Assembly (NCBI RefSeq): GCF_009914755.1
Contig: NC_060943.1
Length of the DNA: 64,000 nt
Source: the human T2T-CHM13v2.0 reference genome, Homo sapiens
Strand: one strand, 5' to 3'
The number at the start of each line of letters is the position of its first letter. Positions within the stretch are counted from its first letter, which is position 1. Below the pieces are notes generated by a model, which was not told where the DNA came from, made no database searches, and was given only the letters and a program-made list of their open reading frames with translations. Below, piece after piece: positions 12,721 to 26,749 of this stretch. The position numbers and the translations under genes are program-made.

Positions 12721-13030
12721 TATTTTACTTTTTGTTCGCTTTTCTTTTATTTTGGGACAGGATCTTACTTTTGTTCTCCAGGCTGGAGTGCAGTGGCATG
12801 ATCATAGCTCACTGCAGCCTTGAACTCCTGGGCTGAAGTGATTTTCCTGCCTCAGCCTTCTGAGTAACTGGGACTACACGTGCACACCACTACTAATTTA
12901 AAAATTTTTTTGTAGATATGGGATCTTTCTATGTTGCCCAGGCTGCACTTGAACTTCTGGGCTCGAATCATCTGCCAGCCTCAGCCTCCCAAAGTGCTGG
13001 GATTACAGGCATGAGTCACTGCACCCGGCC
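12721..13030 (-). mobile_element. AluJ inserted in L1MB
   Basis: Dimeric Alu with J diagnostics (gatcatagctcactgcagcc). Confidence 0.95.
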
Positions 13031-13134
13031 CCCTATGTTGTTTATCCACTCACCCATCAATAGACACTTGGGCTGCTTCCACCTCATCACTCTTATGAAT
13101 AATACTGCTGTAAATGTGGGTTTATATGTTTCTT
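13031..13134 (-). mobile_element. L1MB segment 2
   Basis: tttatccactcacccatcaatagacacttgggctgcttccac continues the L1MB after the Alu. Confidence 0.8.
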
Positions 13135-14020
13135 TTTTAAAAAATTTTACTTTAAGTTCTGGGATACATGTGTAGAATGTGCAGGTTTGTTACATAGGTA
13201 CACATGTGCCATAGTAGTTTGCTGCACCCATCAACACATCATCTAGGTTTTAAGCCCTGCATGTATTAGGTATTTGTCCTAATGGTCTCCCTCCCTTTGC
13301 CCCCCACCCACCAACAGGCCCTGGTGTGTGATGTCCTGCTCCCTGTGTCCATGTGTTCTCATTGTTCAACTCCCACTTATGAGTGAGAACATGTGGTGTT
13401 TGGTTTTCTGTTCCTGTGTTGTTTGCTGAGAATGATGGTTTCCAGCTTCATCCATGTCCCTGCAAAGGACATGAACTCATCCTTTTTTATGGCTGCATAG
13501 TATTCCATGGTGTATATGCACCACATTTTCTTTATCCAGTCTATCATTGATGGGCATTTTGGTTGGTTCCAAGTCTTTACTTTGTAGATAGTGCTGCAAA
13601 AAATATATGTGTGCATGTGTCTTCATAGTAGAATGATTTATAATCCTTTGGGTATATATCCAGTAATGGGATTGCTGGGTTAAATGGTATTTCTGGTTTT
13701 AGATCCTTGAGGAATTACCACACTGTCTTCCACAATGGTTGAACTAATTTACACTCCTACCAACCATGTAAAAGCATTCCTATTTCTCCACAGCCTCGCC
13801 AGCATCTGTTGTTTCCTGACTTTTTAATGATCGCCATTCTAACTGGTATGAGATGGTATCTCTTCGTGGTTTCAATTTGCATTTCTCTAATGACCAGTGA
13901 TGTTGAGCTTTTTTTCATATGTTTGTTGTCTGTATAAATGTCTTCTTTTGAGAAGTGTCTGTTCATATCCTTCACCCACTTTTTGATGGGTTTGTTTGTT
14001 TTTTTCTTGTAAATTTGTTT
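13135..14020 (-). mobile_element. 5'-truncated L1PA7/8-like element (3' UTR + ORF2 C-terminus)
   Basis: atctaggttttaagccc diagnostic; ORF2p remnants WNQPKCPS..WIKKMW and [20 protein letters not shown]; 17-bp TSD 13118-13134 / 14021-14037 with 2 mismatches. Confidence 0.95.
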
Positions 14021-14266
14021 GGGCCTATATGTTTCTTCAAGACCCCACTCTTAATTCTTTTGGGTGGAATTGCGGGATCTATGGTAATTCCATGTTTAAT
14101 TTTTTGTGGAACTGCCATACTGTTTTCCATAGTGGCTGCACCATTTGGCATTTCTGCCAGCAGCGTGCCAGGCCTCCACTTCTTCCACACCCTTGCCAGC
14201 ACTTGTTTTTTCCGTTTTTATGCTAGCAGCCATCTTCATGGGTGTGCAGTGGCTCTTAGTATGGTT
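14021..14266 (-). mobile_element. L1MB segment 3 (ORF2 end)
   Basis: tatggtaattccatgtttaattttttgtggaactgccatactgttttccatagtggctgcacc. Confidence 0.85.
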
Positions 14267-14561
14267 CTGCCTGTTCTCATATGGCCTATGATCTAAGAGT
14301 GGCTTTTCCATTTTTATATGATTGAAAAAAATCAAAAGAAAAATAATATTTCGTGATACCGGGACATTGTATGAAATTTAAATCTCAGGGCCCATAATAA
14401 AGTTTTATTGGCATGCAGGCACTCCTATTTGTTTATATGTTGTCTGTGGCTGCATTGACACTACAAAGGCAGAGTTGGGTAGTTGAGACAGAGACTGTGT
14501 GGCCCGCAAAGCCTAAAATAGTTACCACCTGGCACTTTATGGGAAACCCTTGCCAATCCTG
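14267..14561 (+). mobile_element. MER58B body
   Basis: aaaaaatcaaaagaaaaataatatttcgtga, aataaagttttattgg and ggcccgcaaagcctaaaata match MER58B. Confidence 0.9.
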
Positions 14562-14565
14562 CCCT

Positions 14566-14735
14566 ATGGTAAGTGTTATATGCTTTATCTGTTTAACCTC
14601 CTCTCTAATCCATTTTGCAGACACAGAAACTGAGGCTCAGCAAAGATAAGTAACTTGTACAAGTCACATGTTACCTAACCAGGACACATGTACCTGTCTG
14701 TGTGACTCCAAATCTTGCACTCCTCACTACCATAT
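14566..14735 (-). mobile_element. MIR SINE
   Basis: ccattttgcaga..gaaactgaggctcag..taagtaacttg. Confidence 0.75.
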
Positions 14736-14778
14736 TAAATGAACAAAATCATTTGAAGATTGCTGTTTCTAGGGAACT

Positions 14779-15077
14779 GTTTTTTTTTTTTCTCTTTTTC
14801 TTCTTTTTTTTTTTGAGACAGGGTTTCACTGTTGCCCAGGCTTGAGTGCAGTGGTGTGATCACTGCAGCCTTGACTTGACTTCCTGGGCCCAAGCCATCC
14901 TCTTGTCTCAGCCTCCCAAGTAGCTGGGACTACAGGCATGCACCATCACACTACTTTGTTTGTATTTTTTCGTAGAGACACGTTTCCCAGGCTGATCTTG
15001 AACCACTGACCTCAAGCGATCCTCTCACCTTGGCCTCCCAAAGTGCTAGGGTTATAGGCATGAGCCACTGCTAGGCC
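14779..15077 (-). mobile_element. AluJ
   Basis: Dimeric Alu; TSD-like tctaggg(a/g)act on both sides. Confidence 0.95.
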
Positions 15078-17005
15078 TCTAGGGGACTTCTTTGGGTGTT
15101 TTTAGTAAGCCTGAGGTCAGGTCCTAGTTGAGAAAAAAAAAATTGTAATTATACAAAGATGTGATGTTGTCTTTGGGAGAGGAAGCCAATTGAGGGAGAG
15201 AATGAAGATGGAAGGAGATGTTAGGTGAGCTAAGCTTTCCTTTATTTCTTATGTTGAAATTCTAAGACCCACGCCTTATGTTGCATGGCAAGATGAGCTT
15301 TCAACTCTAAGAAGGAGATAGTTTTAGGATGCAGGCATGTCAACACGCACAGGATTTCCTCAGGATTAGAAGAAAAGCCAAACCAATCAATAACTTCTTC
15401 TTGCATTAAAACAGTGAATTATTTCCATAACCGAGAGGAAAGTAAGCCAGGGTCTACAAGGGAAGCTGTTGATTGATTCCTTCTCCTTCATTCTTTGGAT
15501 CGCATGTTGTTTGGGGTGAATCGTAGTGTAGATACCTTTGGCCCACCCCAACACATTTTTCCCCAAATGTAAAGATCTGCTCTCCCATCTCCCAGAGGCT
15601 GTCTTGGGCACTCCTTTTGCCTCTCGGGCTCTGATGGTCAGTGGGTTCGTTGTTACTGATGAGGGAGTGGTTAGTTCTCTCTCTCTGCCTCCTCCCCTTC
15701 TCGCCACCCTCTCTGTCCACCAGGATGTGTGGACTTGGTACCAGGAACCTTCTGATATTTCTTGATACAGAGGACAAAGCGTGGATAGTTATTTGTTCTT
15801 TCTTCCACGGGAGAAAAGTCTTAATTGATTTTACATATTTCTGTGCATTATGGAAATCACCCATCAGTCCCAAGTACTTAGAGGATGTTGGGGGCTGCAG
15901 GAAATGGCTGGTCTTGCGTCTATCTCAGGCAAAGAGATTGTGGTTCTCCTTTTATGTTTGGGAATGCACGACATTCCCCCCGCCTGCCAGCCCCCAGTAA
16001 CTACTGTATTTCAACAATAGGCTTCACGCGGCTGCAGTGTGAGGCACAACAGTGGTTTTCATGAACTTTTGGCTGTGGTTTAGGCCTGGCAGAGCTGGAC
16101 TCTTACCCTTAGAGTTTTCTGGCTCGATTCATTTTGCACAAAGGAAAGTACGATAATCGGAGTTGCAGGATGATAATGTGATCGGCATGTTAGCACATTG
16201 CAAGAAAGACAGAAATGACTTTGGAGTTTGCATTTCATCCTTGAAAATGTGCAGCGCTGCCTGAGCCAAGGGGCTTGTACTTAGTAGGTGCTTGCTAAAT
16301 ACTGGAAGAAGGGGTGAGGGTGGCAGTTGCTTTGTGCCTGAGAAGAGGCAGGAGAAGTATGTGATAACCTATGCCCATACATTTTGGAAATAGGGATAGC
16401 TATTAGATTTTTTTTTTCCTGTTTAAAGATGAAGTTTGGGTCTTGACCTGGTGTTGGTCTCTGCCTGCCTGGTTGCCCAGCAGGTGGTGGTAACATGGCC
16501 ACAAATTCATTTGACCTTGAGTTCCCTGACTCTTCTACTCCGACGGTCCCTGTCTTTCACTATCTCTTGCCAATGAGCAGCTAAGCATTTATTGAGGGTC
16601 CCTGTGCTCAGCTCTAGAGGGTGGGGTGTGGCCCCCAACACAGAGGAGCTTGCTGCCCAGAGGAGAGGGAGTTTTAGCTGGGGAGGTAGAGGCACGTGTA
16701 TTTGCTGAGGTGGCCGTGAAGGGGTGCATGTGTTGAATTTTCCCTACCCCCAAGTCATTTTTATTTTCTTCCTGCAATACTGCAAGAAAATAATAAAGTT
16801 TTTCTAATGTGGATGTGTGTGTATTATTTCATGTCTGAAAACAGTTAATAGTACAAAATGATGCTCTTGAGTGAGCTGAACTCAACAGAATAATTTTTAT
16901 TCCTCAACAGAATATAACTTGAGACAATATTGACAGTTAAAAAATGTAAGTATGGCATATGTGGGAATCATTCACCAAATTTCTGTTTCTCCTCTCTAGG
17001 CCCCA

Positions 17006-17008
<3 letters not shown>

Positions 17009-17048
<40 letters not shown>
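17009..17048. repeat. (TG)20 perfect microsatellite
   Basis: Counted directly. Confidence 0.98.
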
Positions 17049-17051
<3 letters not shown>

Positions 17052-17503
17052 TTAAACATGACTTCAATGTTTTTAGAAATGTGACATCCTAAATATGATC
17101 AGGTCTCCAGTAACAAGACAGTGGGTGGCCAATGCCCCCATGAGTGGCAGACTCCCTAGAGAAGGTTTTGGAAGTTTGCGGAATTCTTACAAGATACACC
17201 TGCCCTGACCCTCCAAACTCAACTCCTGCTTCCTTAGGTGGGGCGCACTCCTCCCTCTACTCCTACAGGGACTGAAGGCTGAGAGAAGCTTGTGAGGGAG
17301 GTTGAGGCAGGCATGCATAGATGGAGGCTGCATAGGTGTGGGAAGGAGTGCTGCTCTTGGAGTGAGGAGGCTGGTTCTGATGTCTATCTGCAGTCCTCAG
17401 CCTGGGTGACATTGGAGAGCCTCAGGCCATTGCAGCTGCAGGCTGCTACCTGAAGGGTGGGTGTCTAAGCTTCTTTGTAGGTCTTAAACAGAATGACCTA
17501 GAC

Positions 17504-17657
17504 CAGGGTGTCAGGAATGTACACACAGAGCCCTGGGGGTCTTGGTAGCATGCAGATTCTGATTCAGCACATCTAGGGGAATGAGATTCTGCATACTTAA
17601 CAGGCTCCCAAGAGATGCTGATGCTGCTGGTCCTTGGACCACACTTTGAGTAGCAAG
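17504..17657 (-). mobile_element. MER5A1
   Basis: atgcagattctgattcag..gatgctgatgctgctggtcc..ggaccacactttgagtagcaag. Confidence 0.85.
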
Positions 17658-17666
17658 AGACTAGAG

Positions 17667-17790
17667 GGATAATTCTCAAACTTGGCTATCAATTATAACA
17701 ACACAGGGAGCTTTTAAGACCCGCCAATGTCTAGGTCTGCTCCCAGGCCAATCAAATCAGGACTTGCCCTACAGGAAACAGTGTGATTGG
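17667..17790. mobile_element. MER5B fragment
   Basis: ttctcaaacttggct..gggagcttttaa..ccaatcaaatcag. Confidence 0.6.
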
Positions 17791-17852
17791 AGGCGGGGGT
17801 GGGGAGGTTGTCTGCTGGCTTGTAGCCAAGGTATGAACGGCTGGGGTAGTGT

Positions 17853-18036
17853 CGTGGATCTCCAACTTGGGCAGGTGTCAGAATTGCGTGGAGGGCTTTG
17901 AAAAAACAACATTGGGCCCCAACCCACATTTTCAGATTCAGAAGGTCTTGGGTATCGTCCAAGAATTTGAATTTCTAACAAATTTCCAGGCAATGCTGTT
18001 TCTGCGGCCCCAGGGACTCTGCTTTGAGAACCACTG
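17853..18036 (-). mobile_element. MER5A
   Basis: ggagggcttt..ttgggcccc..atttctaacaa..ctttgagaaccactg terminal inverted repeat. Confidence 0.8.
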
Positions 18037-18504
18037 GTCTAATGTAATCCCCTCCCAGTGGATATTCATGAAGCAGAAACCTCCAGGGAGTGGGAGCTGG
18101 GGGCTCCAGGACACGCAGAGCCCTGCCTCTGGGGTCATTCCGTGCACATCTGTTTTACACAGTGAGCAGCCTTGGAAAACTTTCACTTGAAAAAAATGTG
18201 GGTAGAAAAAAATGTTTGAAAACCTCTGAAGCAAAGGCAAGACTTTTAATCATGGGAATGGTGAATGTTCATTCTTTAATTGAGGGGCAAAGCAGGCAGG
18301 ATCCTTGGTCCCTCTTGTTGCCAGATGTGGCCGTGTTTGCTCCTAGTACTGCCCTGTCCTGCAGGAGGTGTTTTCCATGCTGAACTCCTGGCTCCCTCTT
18401 GCATATAAGAGTTCACACCTGTCCAGAGGCCTCCATGGGGCCCAGACCAGTGTCGGGCAGGGCAGGTTAGCTTGCGGGGAAATCCAATGTGTGCAGCTGC
18501 TAGC

Positions 18505-18625
18505 ACCTAATGACTGTGTACTGGGCTTCAAGCACCGTGCTCATTTATATGCATGATCTTATTTAATTCTGTAGTGACCTCATATAATAAGTACTGTCAT
18601 TATCCCATTTCAGAGATGAGTATTT
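18505..18625 (-). mobile_element. MIR fragment
   Basis: atcttatttaattct..tcattatcccatttcagagatgag. Confidence 0.6.
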
Positions 18626-20307
18626 GATGCTACCTTCCAGACTGACAGTGTCCAGGAAAGCAGCTGCAGTGGAGGTGGAAGGGCAGTAGGATTCCCTGAT
18701 TGGTAAGGGCAGTGGAATGTCATGGGGAAGACTTTGTCCTTGTTGGTGTCTTGGGAAGAGAGCAGAACAGTGCCCTGTCAGCCCTGCAGGTCCCAGAACC
18801 CACTACCTGGGCCAGGTGACAGAACTCAGAGCCTTTGGCTGCTTCAGGAGATGTCACCATGGCTGTCTCTTCTTGGTCAAAGTTCCAGTTGGCCAAGACA
18901 TCCTGGGGAAAATGGGCAGGGAGGTTCCTCCTGGGTGAAACCCTTTTGTATGGCTCTTGACAGTGCAGAGGGGTCTGGGAGGAGATTCTGTGAACTAGCC
19001 GGGGTGAAGGGTGGGTGGATCTCTCCAGGGCTCAGGTCCTGTTTCTGTGGCTGCCATCTCTAACCATGGAAGGCTGGCTTGGACAGCTCTCAGCTTGCTC
19101 TCTACCCCCAGGGAGCCTAAAATGTGTCCAAAGCTGCAGGTTTTTGCTGAGACATCATGCAAAAGCTGGTTCTTCTCCCTGGTCACCTAATGTGCTTGGG
19201 GCAGAGGCTGCGAGCCTTCTGGTTGGAGGAAGGGAGGCACAGATGGGTGTGTGGTCTTCCAAGCAGCATCTAGGTCCTTCTGGTGGCCAGGGGATGGCAG
19301 CATCCTTTCGCCCTCATGGGAGCCACCCTCTGTCACCTGTGTATTTCCCTGGGTTCCCTTCATGGGACTTGGGCCTCGCCTCCGTATTTACAGCTGATGT
19401 TGGCAGTGGAGAGGGGAAGGTGAGAGTAAAACTTCCAGAAGAAAAGCTTCCTATGAGGTGTTTGAGATGCTCCACGATCAGGCACGAGGCCCCAGCCAGG
19501 GAAGACCCTTCCAGTGGCCAGAACGGTGCTGCTTCCCCTGTACCTAAAACATCTCCCTCCTCCTCCAAGAGATTTTCAAAAGAGTCTTGAAGCTCAGTCC
19601 GACTGCAGCCCAAGCATCTGCCCTTCACTTCCATCTTCAACTTAAATGAGATGCATTTAAGGAAAGGCTGGCCTGGAAACTACTGTGATCAGTACCAGGC
19701 ACCTTTTTCCTGAAGTCCTTTTACATCTAAAAAAGGTTCATATGGTTCATCACCATATAATCCCTTCGTATGCCTGGAAATGGTACGTGGGGGAAAGTTT
19801 ACATCCAGTTTAACAGAATTTCTACTTAAGTGCTTTTTTTAATGGCCCACGTTTGATCTTAAGCCACTTCTTTTTGAACCCTTGAAGGTTTTATTACTGA
19901 ACTTTAAAAAGAACATTCAATTCAGAGGGCTGGCATGTTCTTGAATGGAGCTGCATTTTGAAAGAAGGGAGATGAATTTCTTTCCCCAGCAGAGACACAG
20001 GTGTCACCTATCAAGGGTGGTCAGAACTCTATTTTTTCCTCAGTGTAGCACCAGGATGTAGTGACTTTCTCTCTTTGAAGGACTAGGCATGCAGATATTA
20101 TTGTTAGGATTTGTAGAAATGATGGCCGCTCGAGTAAACGAGTGGCCAGGAGCTGGGGGTGGAAATTCTCCCACAGGTAGCCCTTTCTCAAGACTAAATG
20201 AACATCCCAGGCAGTGAACCTGCCTGTATTGTTATGCATGTGTATAGCATGGGAGCTTGGGCGCCAGGCAGCAGGAGCCCCCTGGATTTGCACCGTGCCC
20301 TTTATGA

Positions 20308-20636
<329 letters not shown>

Positions 20637-21264
20637 TCATGCCCTTCTTTAAGGAATCCCACCGGGTCCTCTACAGTACCCTCTTCCCTTTAGAATAGCG
20701 GGCTAATTCCAGGTGCCCATTAGAAATTCAAGATGTATCACCACATACTCTGACTCAAGACCCTTGGTTGCAACTGGACCATAGGAGGTATGCCCAGGAT
20801 GTCCCCCTGTGGCTCACACCCCATCACCAGCTGTGCAGAGGCACCATACCCTGTCTTTGCTTTGCCATACAGTGCAGAGGATGTGCAACCAAGAACAGGT
20901 CTCTTGATGACCATTTGCGTGGGAGTTTCCTAATGCTGGTAGCGTTGGGGTCAGAATCTTTACAGCATCCTGGGCTGTTGAAAGATCTTTGTCAACTGCA
21001 GAAGAACGGTGTGCTGACTCCTTCATCCTGTCTCACACCAAAGAAACTTTTTTGGTATCTAGGAGACTTGAGACCAAGGAATACATTATAGCGATGGTTT
21101 CAGGATTGCTGGGAGAATCTGTTTCAGGTGTAGGTTCCCATTCCCCATATCTGCAGGTATGCCAGTCTGGGAAGGAACCTGGGAATCTTCGTTTCTCCCA
21201 GTCTCCTTTGGCAATGCCAGTGGGCCTGGAATTATAGTAACACTAAACCTAAATTTTAGTGGGT

Positions 21265-21410
21265 GGACCTCAGAAGGCTGGATTCTGGAAGCTTCTTACT
21301 TACTTCTCAGCTGCAAGACTTTGGGTCAAACATTTTTGAGCTCTGTTTTCTTACCCGTAAGAGAAATTGGCCCTATATGACTTCTAAGAGTCCCTCCAGT
21401 TCTGAAGTTG
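21265..21410 (+). mobile_element. MIR3-like SINE
   Basis: MIR core plus L3-derived tail cttctaagagtccctccagttctg. Confidence 0.6.
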
Positions 21411-21529
21411 TAGCACATTAAAAATAATCTGCATTTTAGGCCTGGCAGGTCACATTCCCTGCCAAAGGGGGGGCCTGGGAAAGAAAAAGACTCTACAATG
21501 TGAAAGTGTGGGCTTCGTGGTATGAGGCC

Positions 21530-22630
21530 AAGTTTATAAAGGTAGCCTCTGTGAAAGAATCATTTGTATTTATTGAAATCACTGATTTTAATCACCTTGG
21601 ATGCTCCCTTGATAAAAATTATAATCCTCTGTAAATTATGAATACCTTGAAATTCACAAATTCTATCACTTTTGTGATTGGCAACATTAAATGGCAACAG
21701 CTCATTTAAATAAGCAACATCTGGACATTATTATTTTTAGGGATTTTTCATCTGTTGATTTAGAAATCTGGGGCCTTTATGAATCTTGCATGAATATTCT
21801 TTTATATTCACATCTACCATCAAGACACAAAGGGATAGCCAAAAATATTGTCCAGTGACTCTTTGATGCAATGAATGTGTTTTTTAAACAACAAATCCAT
21901 TGTGAATGAGAGAAGATATAAAATAGGCTGCCTGTGAGGGTAGGTGGTGGGGGTAGCTTGATCCTTCAAAAGCCAGAAGCGTCCAGCAATTCAAAGCCAC
22001 AGTGGGGAGAAGGTTTAGATTTTATATATAATAATATAAAATTTTAAGATCACAATATGATTTTGGACTGATGATATTGGAATATGGCATTCACTAGTTC
22101 TCAGAATAATCCAATTTAGAACAATGCATTCTGAGCAGGTTTGGTAAAAATAGAAGATCTATCATCCCATGGTATAAGATAATGCATTAATTTTTATGAG
22201 TGAGTTATGAAGATGTACAACTCGGTTAAGAGTTAGGATAAACATAATATTCTTTAATTAATCCATTATGCCATGGTACACATGTGCCATTTTTATTACC
22301 TTAAAAATGAAATATGTCAAAAAAGGAAATTGCTGCTTTTTTATATCAAAAAAGCCTTTTTTGAAAAATCATAAAATGCCTAATCTAATTCACCATATAA
22401 TACTAATGAGCTTAACAAGCCATCTCGATGCACAGTTTAGGATAAAAGGTCATCAGTTTCTGGCAGTCAAATTCCACTACTTTTCAGACGAGGCAAAACC
22501 TTTCGGCACCAAATATTGGAAATGGCATTTGTGATTAAGCGTTATTAATAGCTATTTGTTATGAGCGTGGGAGAGTTTTAGAAATTCATATTATACCCTC
22601 CTCAAGTTTTCTAAATCTTACCATTGCAGA
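21530..22630. promoter_or_regulatory. AT-rich, repeat-poor island (candidate conserved non-coding elements)
   Basis: Sharp drop in GC, dense TAAT/ATTA cores, no recognisable repeat; conservation not verified. Confidence 0.3.
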
Positions 22631-23324
22631 TGCCAAGAGCAGGCATTTCCCCCCGTCCCACCCCGGTGAATCTGATTAACCTGTTGTCCATCCCAATTCT
22701 GGGTGGTGTTGAACAGGAATCTTACATTCACACAGCGCTTTCCGTTTCATGCCACATTTAATTTCCCCAAATCTCTCTGAATCCCCTACATTTATTTCCT
22801 GGGGTCTCTTTGCTCTCCAGGAGCCTTCCTGTCCTCTGTATTTGCCACTGTCATCTGCCTGGTGTTTCTTTTGTCTTGTCACAGAACCGGCCCTGTGGAG
22901 GTACAGACTGGGCACCTTCGGCCGCAGTGCATGCAGTGGCTGCAGCCAGCCTCGTTATGGAAAAGAATTGCCCAGTGGGTTGAGGGAATGGGCAACAGCA
23001 CACTAGAATCATGAGGCTGAAAGGAATATTGCCGACTGGAGGTCATTTTTCCCAACTGAGGGGCAATAGTTTGCCACTATAAACTGCACATTGCAGTCAG
23101 TATATGTTTTATTAAACCATTTAAGGAACTTGGGAGCCATTTCATTTAAACTTCCTGCGTGAAGGAACTCAGGGCAGAGCCCAGAGCAGCTCACAAAAGA
23201 GGCCTGGAGTAATTTGCCGAAGAAATACCCCAGGTACCCGGCAGGATGATCGCAACGGGGGGAGCCTGGCGAGGGCTGGACCCAGCGCTTATAGTACTCT
23301 TCGACGCCTGAGTGCACAAGTGTG

Positions 23325-23480
23325 TGTGTGTCTGGAGGTTCGAGTCCTAGCTCTGCCGCTAACTAGCTCCATGACCTTGGTCAAATCTCTTAGCTTCCCC
23401 TGGACTATTTCTGCTGCTGCAATAGGAGGGGATGGGGTTTGATAGGAGAGGCTGGGTCCTTTCCAGCTCAGTGATTCCAT
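23325..23480 (+). mobile_element. MIR3-like SINE
   Basis: ggttcgagtcctagctctgccgctaactagc..tgaccttgg..ggtcctttccagctc. Confidence 0.7.
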
Positions 23481-25891
23481 AAAATGCTGGATCATCAGGG
23501 GGTTGCCCCTGGAACTGTGGTTCTGGGACGCCCCATCAGGCCCCTGATCATCACAACGGAAAGTCAGCTTTTGTGTCTGCCCTGCCTGGGAAGTGATTCT
23601 GGCTGTGGACGTTTTCATAGGCTCTGGGGACTGAGGCTCCCCTGATCCAGTGGTGACGTGCGGGTTCTCAGCATAGAGCAGGGAAACCGGCGACAACTTA
23701 CTTCTCATATTAAACAGAAATAACCTCTTCACATGATAATTTTATGTCTGAGGAAATAGGAAGCTGAGGTGCGTGCACTGTGCCTCTGAGCCTCAGTTAT
23801 TCTGTCTGCAAAATGGGGTAGCAGCGATGCGGACGCTGTTGCTTTAGCTGTAAAGGGCGACAGAAGGGATGCCCTGGGTCCCTTCTGTTATCACTCTGGG
23901 TAACTTTGTGATTACAATTTAGCTTTAACAACTCTTGCGAATTGCATGACTGCACATTCCGTGTTCACAGTTTGTGCCTAGGAAGAAAGGAAGGATGAGG
24001 TGAGATGTGCTTTATCTTTAAGAGTAATGGACAGAGTGCAATCTGCATTGTAGCTTTCTCAGCCCTAACTGGTGGTCCTTAGTAGGTGGCTTTAATTCTA
24101 CAAAGTTATATAACCGAATCTTTTGTCTAATTGGTAACTATATTTAGGAGGTAGAGAAATATGTGAGCTATTCGTTTCGATTAAATTTTTTATTATGCAC
24201 TCTGCATTTGGATTGACAACTATTAATATTAAAGAGCTTGGCCAAATTGAAATTTGTATTGCTGGAGAGACTTAAATATAATGTATGATGCTGAAAAAAA
24301 AAAAGCCCAGGGAAAAGGGGAATTACCAGGCTGGGTGCAGAGAGGTCCCTGCCAGGTGCCGATGTGGGCTAGGTAGAATCTGCCCCACCTCTGCACACTG
24401 AGGAGGGAGGTGTGTAGAGGCCTCTGCAAAGCCAGTGTCAAGGTCTCAAGGATTGAGATACTTTCATAGAGATGATGCTAAATAAAGATGTAGAGCACGT
24501 TTTAGCAACGTATACAAATAATTTTTTATAATCACTGTTTGTATATAATATTTTTTCCCAGCACTATTAAGAAGGTTTGGGGGTAAGGCAGAGAAAGTCG
24601 TTCTAAAATAGGATGCATGGAGCACTGGTGCAATGATGTGGAAAAGGGAGGACAGCTTCCTCGGAAATCCTAACGCAGATTGTGTTGCTCTGCTGCAAGT
24701 CCTCGGGAGATGGGAGGCTCTGTCCGTCCTGCGGCAGGGAGGGCTCAAGGCCACAGCCAGGTGGGGAACGTGCTGGGAGCAGATTCCTGGGCATCCTGGG
24801 CCTGCTGTGGGCAGGCCCTGGGACTCACAGCCATGGTTCTGCGTCTTTGGGGCTGACTCCTTTCTAACTCCTAGCAATGCCTGTGGCTTTGCACAGTGAC
24901 CTGGGTTGTCACATGCAGAATCCTATAGGATTTGCACGAAGACCCGGGTGGTCCTCAGACAGGGGAAGTCAGGTGTCTGGGTCCATGCGGCCACTGAACA
25001 GCAGACACAGGACAAGAACTCAGTTCTAGAATGCAGTCTGTGGGGCACTCTCAAGAGAAAGTGTCCTCTTTGGGAGTCTACAATGCTACAGGGCCAAGGG
25101 TGAGCCCACGAGCCTCTGGCGTCTGTGCCCTGTTAGCTGGTCTCACGGACTCCAGACACCTCCACCTTCCACGCATTTTCTCTTGTTGGGCCCTCTATAT
25201 AGAATGTCAGCCCCATCCCAATCCTCCAGATAAACCCCTCAACTGCCCCCAGGGCCTGCAAGCAGAGAGCAATCAGTATGTCCTGAATGGGTGCAGCAGA
25301 CGCAGTGCACCAGATTTGACTGGCAAGGGAGGGGAAGACGACCCTTTCAGACTGGTGGTGGCCTTACGTCCTTCATCCCTTTTTACCCCCTGCTGAACTA
25401 TAAACTCTCTGGTGGCAGGGACATTTTTCTTGTTTTTACATAATTTTTCCTGACATTGGGAGCTAGAATATCAATGTAAGAAAACCTTCATAGACAGGGG
25501 TGCTCAAAGCATTGGTGGTTCTGGCTCAATGGATTTTAGGCACACACGTTTTCATCTCCATTTGGCATTTTGAAGCTCCCAGGAGCTCCTAGATGGGTGA
25601 TGGGTTTCTGAGGCTCGGCTGGTGTCCAGGGTCTCCTGGGATGGGGACAGAGCACACCACCTTGTGTCTCCACTGCTATACACCTGCTCCATCTCCCAGA
25701 GATGACCCCAGCTTCTGGAGGGCAGGCGCCTTCCTTGTCACCCCACCAGTTAGCTCGGTGGCTGGTGCATCTGTGGCCATGGCAGGCTCTATGTGATGGC
25801 GAGAGAGGCAGGGCAAGAGAGGCAGTGCGGGAGGTGCAGGGCAGGGGCCTTGGCGCTGCCTCCAGGTTTCTGTGATCAGCTAGGTTCCTAG

Positions 25892-26749
<858 letters not shown>

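Noticed and set aside
13377-14202. ORFs with clear protein homology ([16 protein letters not shown])
   Set aside because: Broken C-terminal L1 ORF2p remnants of truncated elements, not genes
22880-23320. Mild CpG enrichment suggesting a promoter or exon
   Set aside because: Too sparse for a CpG island; no coherent ORF or strong donor
23860-23888. Perfect 10-bp hairpin ACAGAAGGGA-N9-TCCCTTCTGT
   Set aside because: About one such stem is expected by chance in 64 kb; too short for a pre-miRNA
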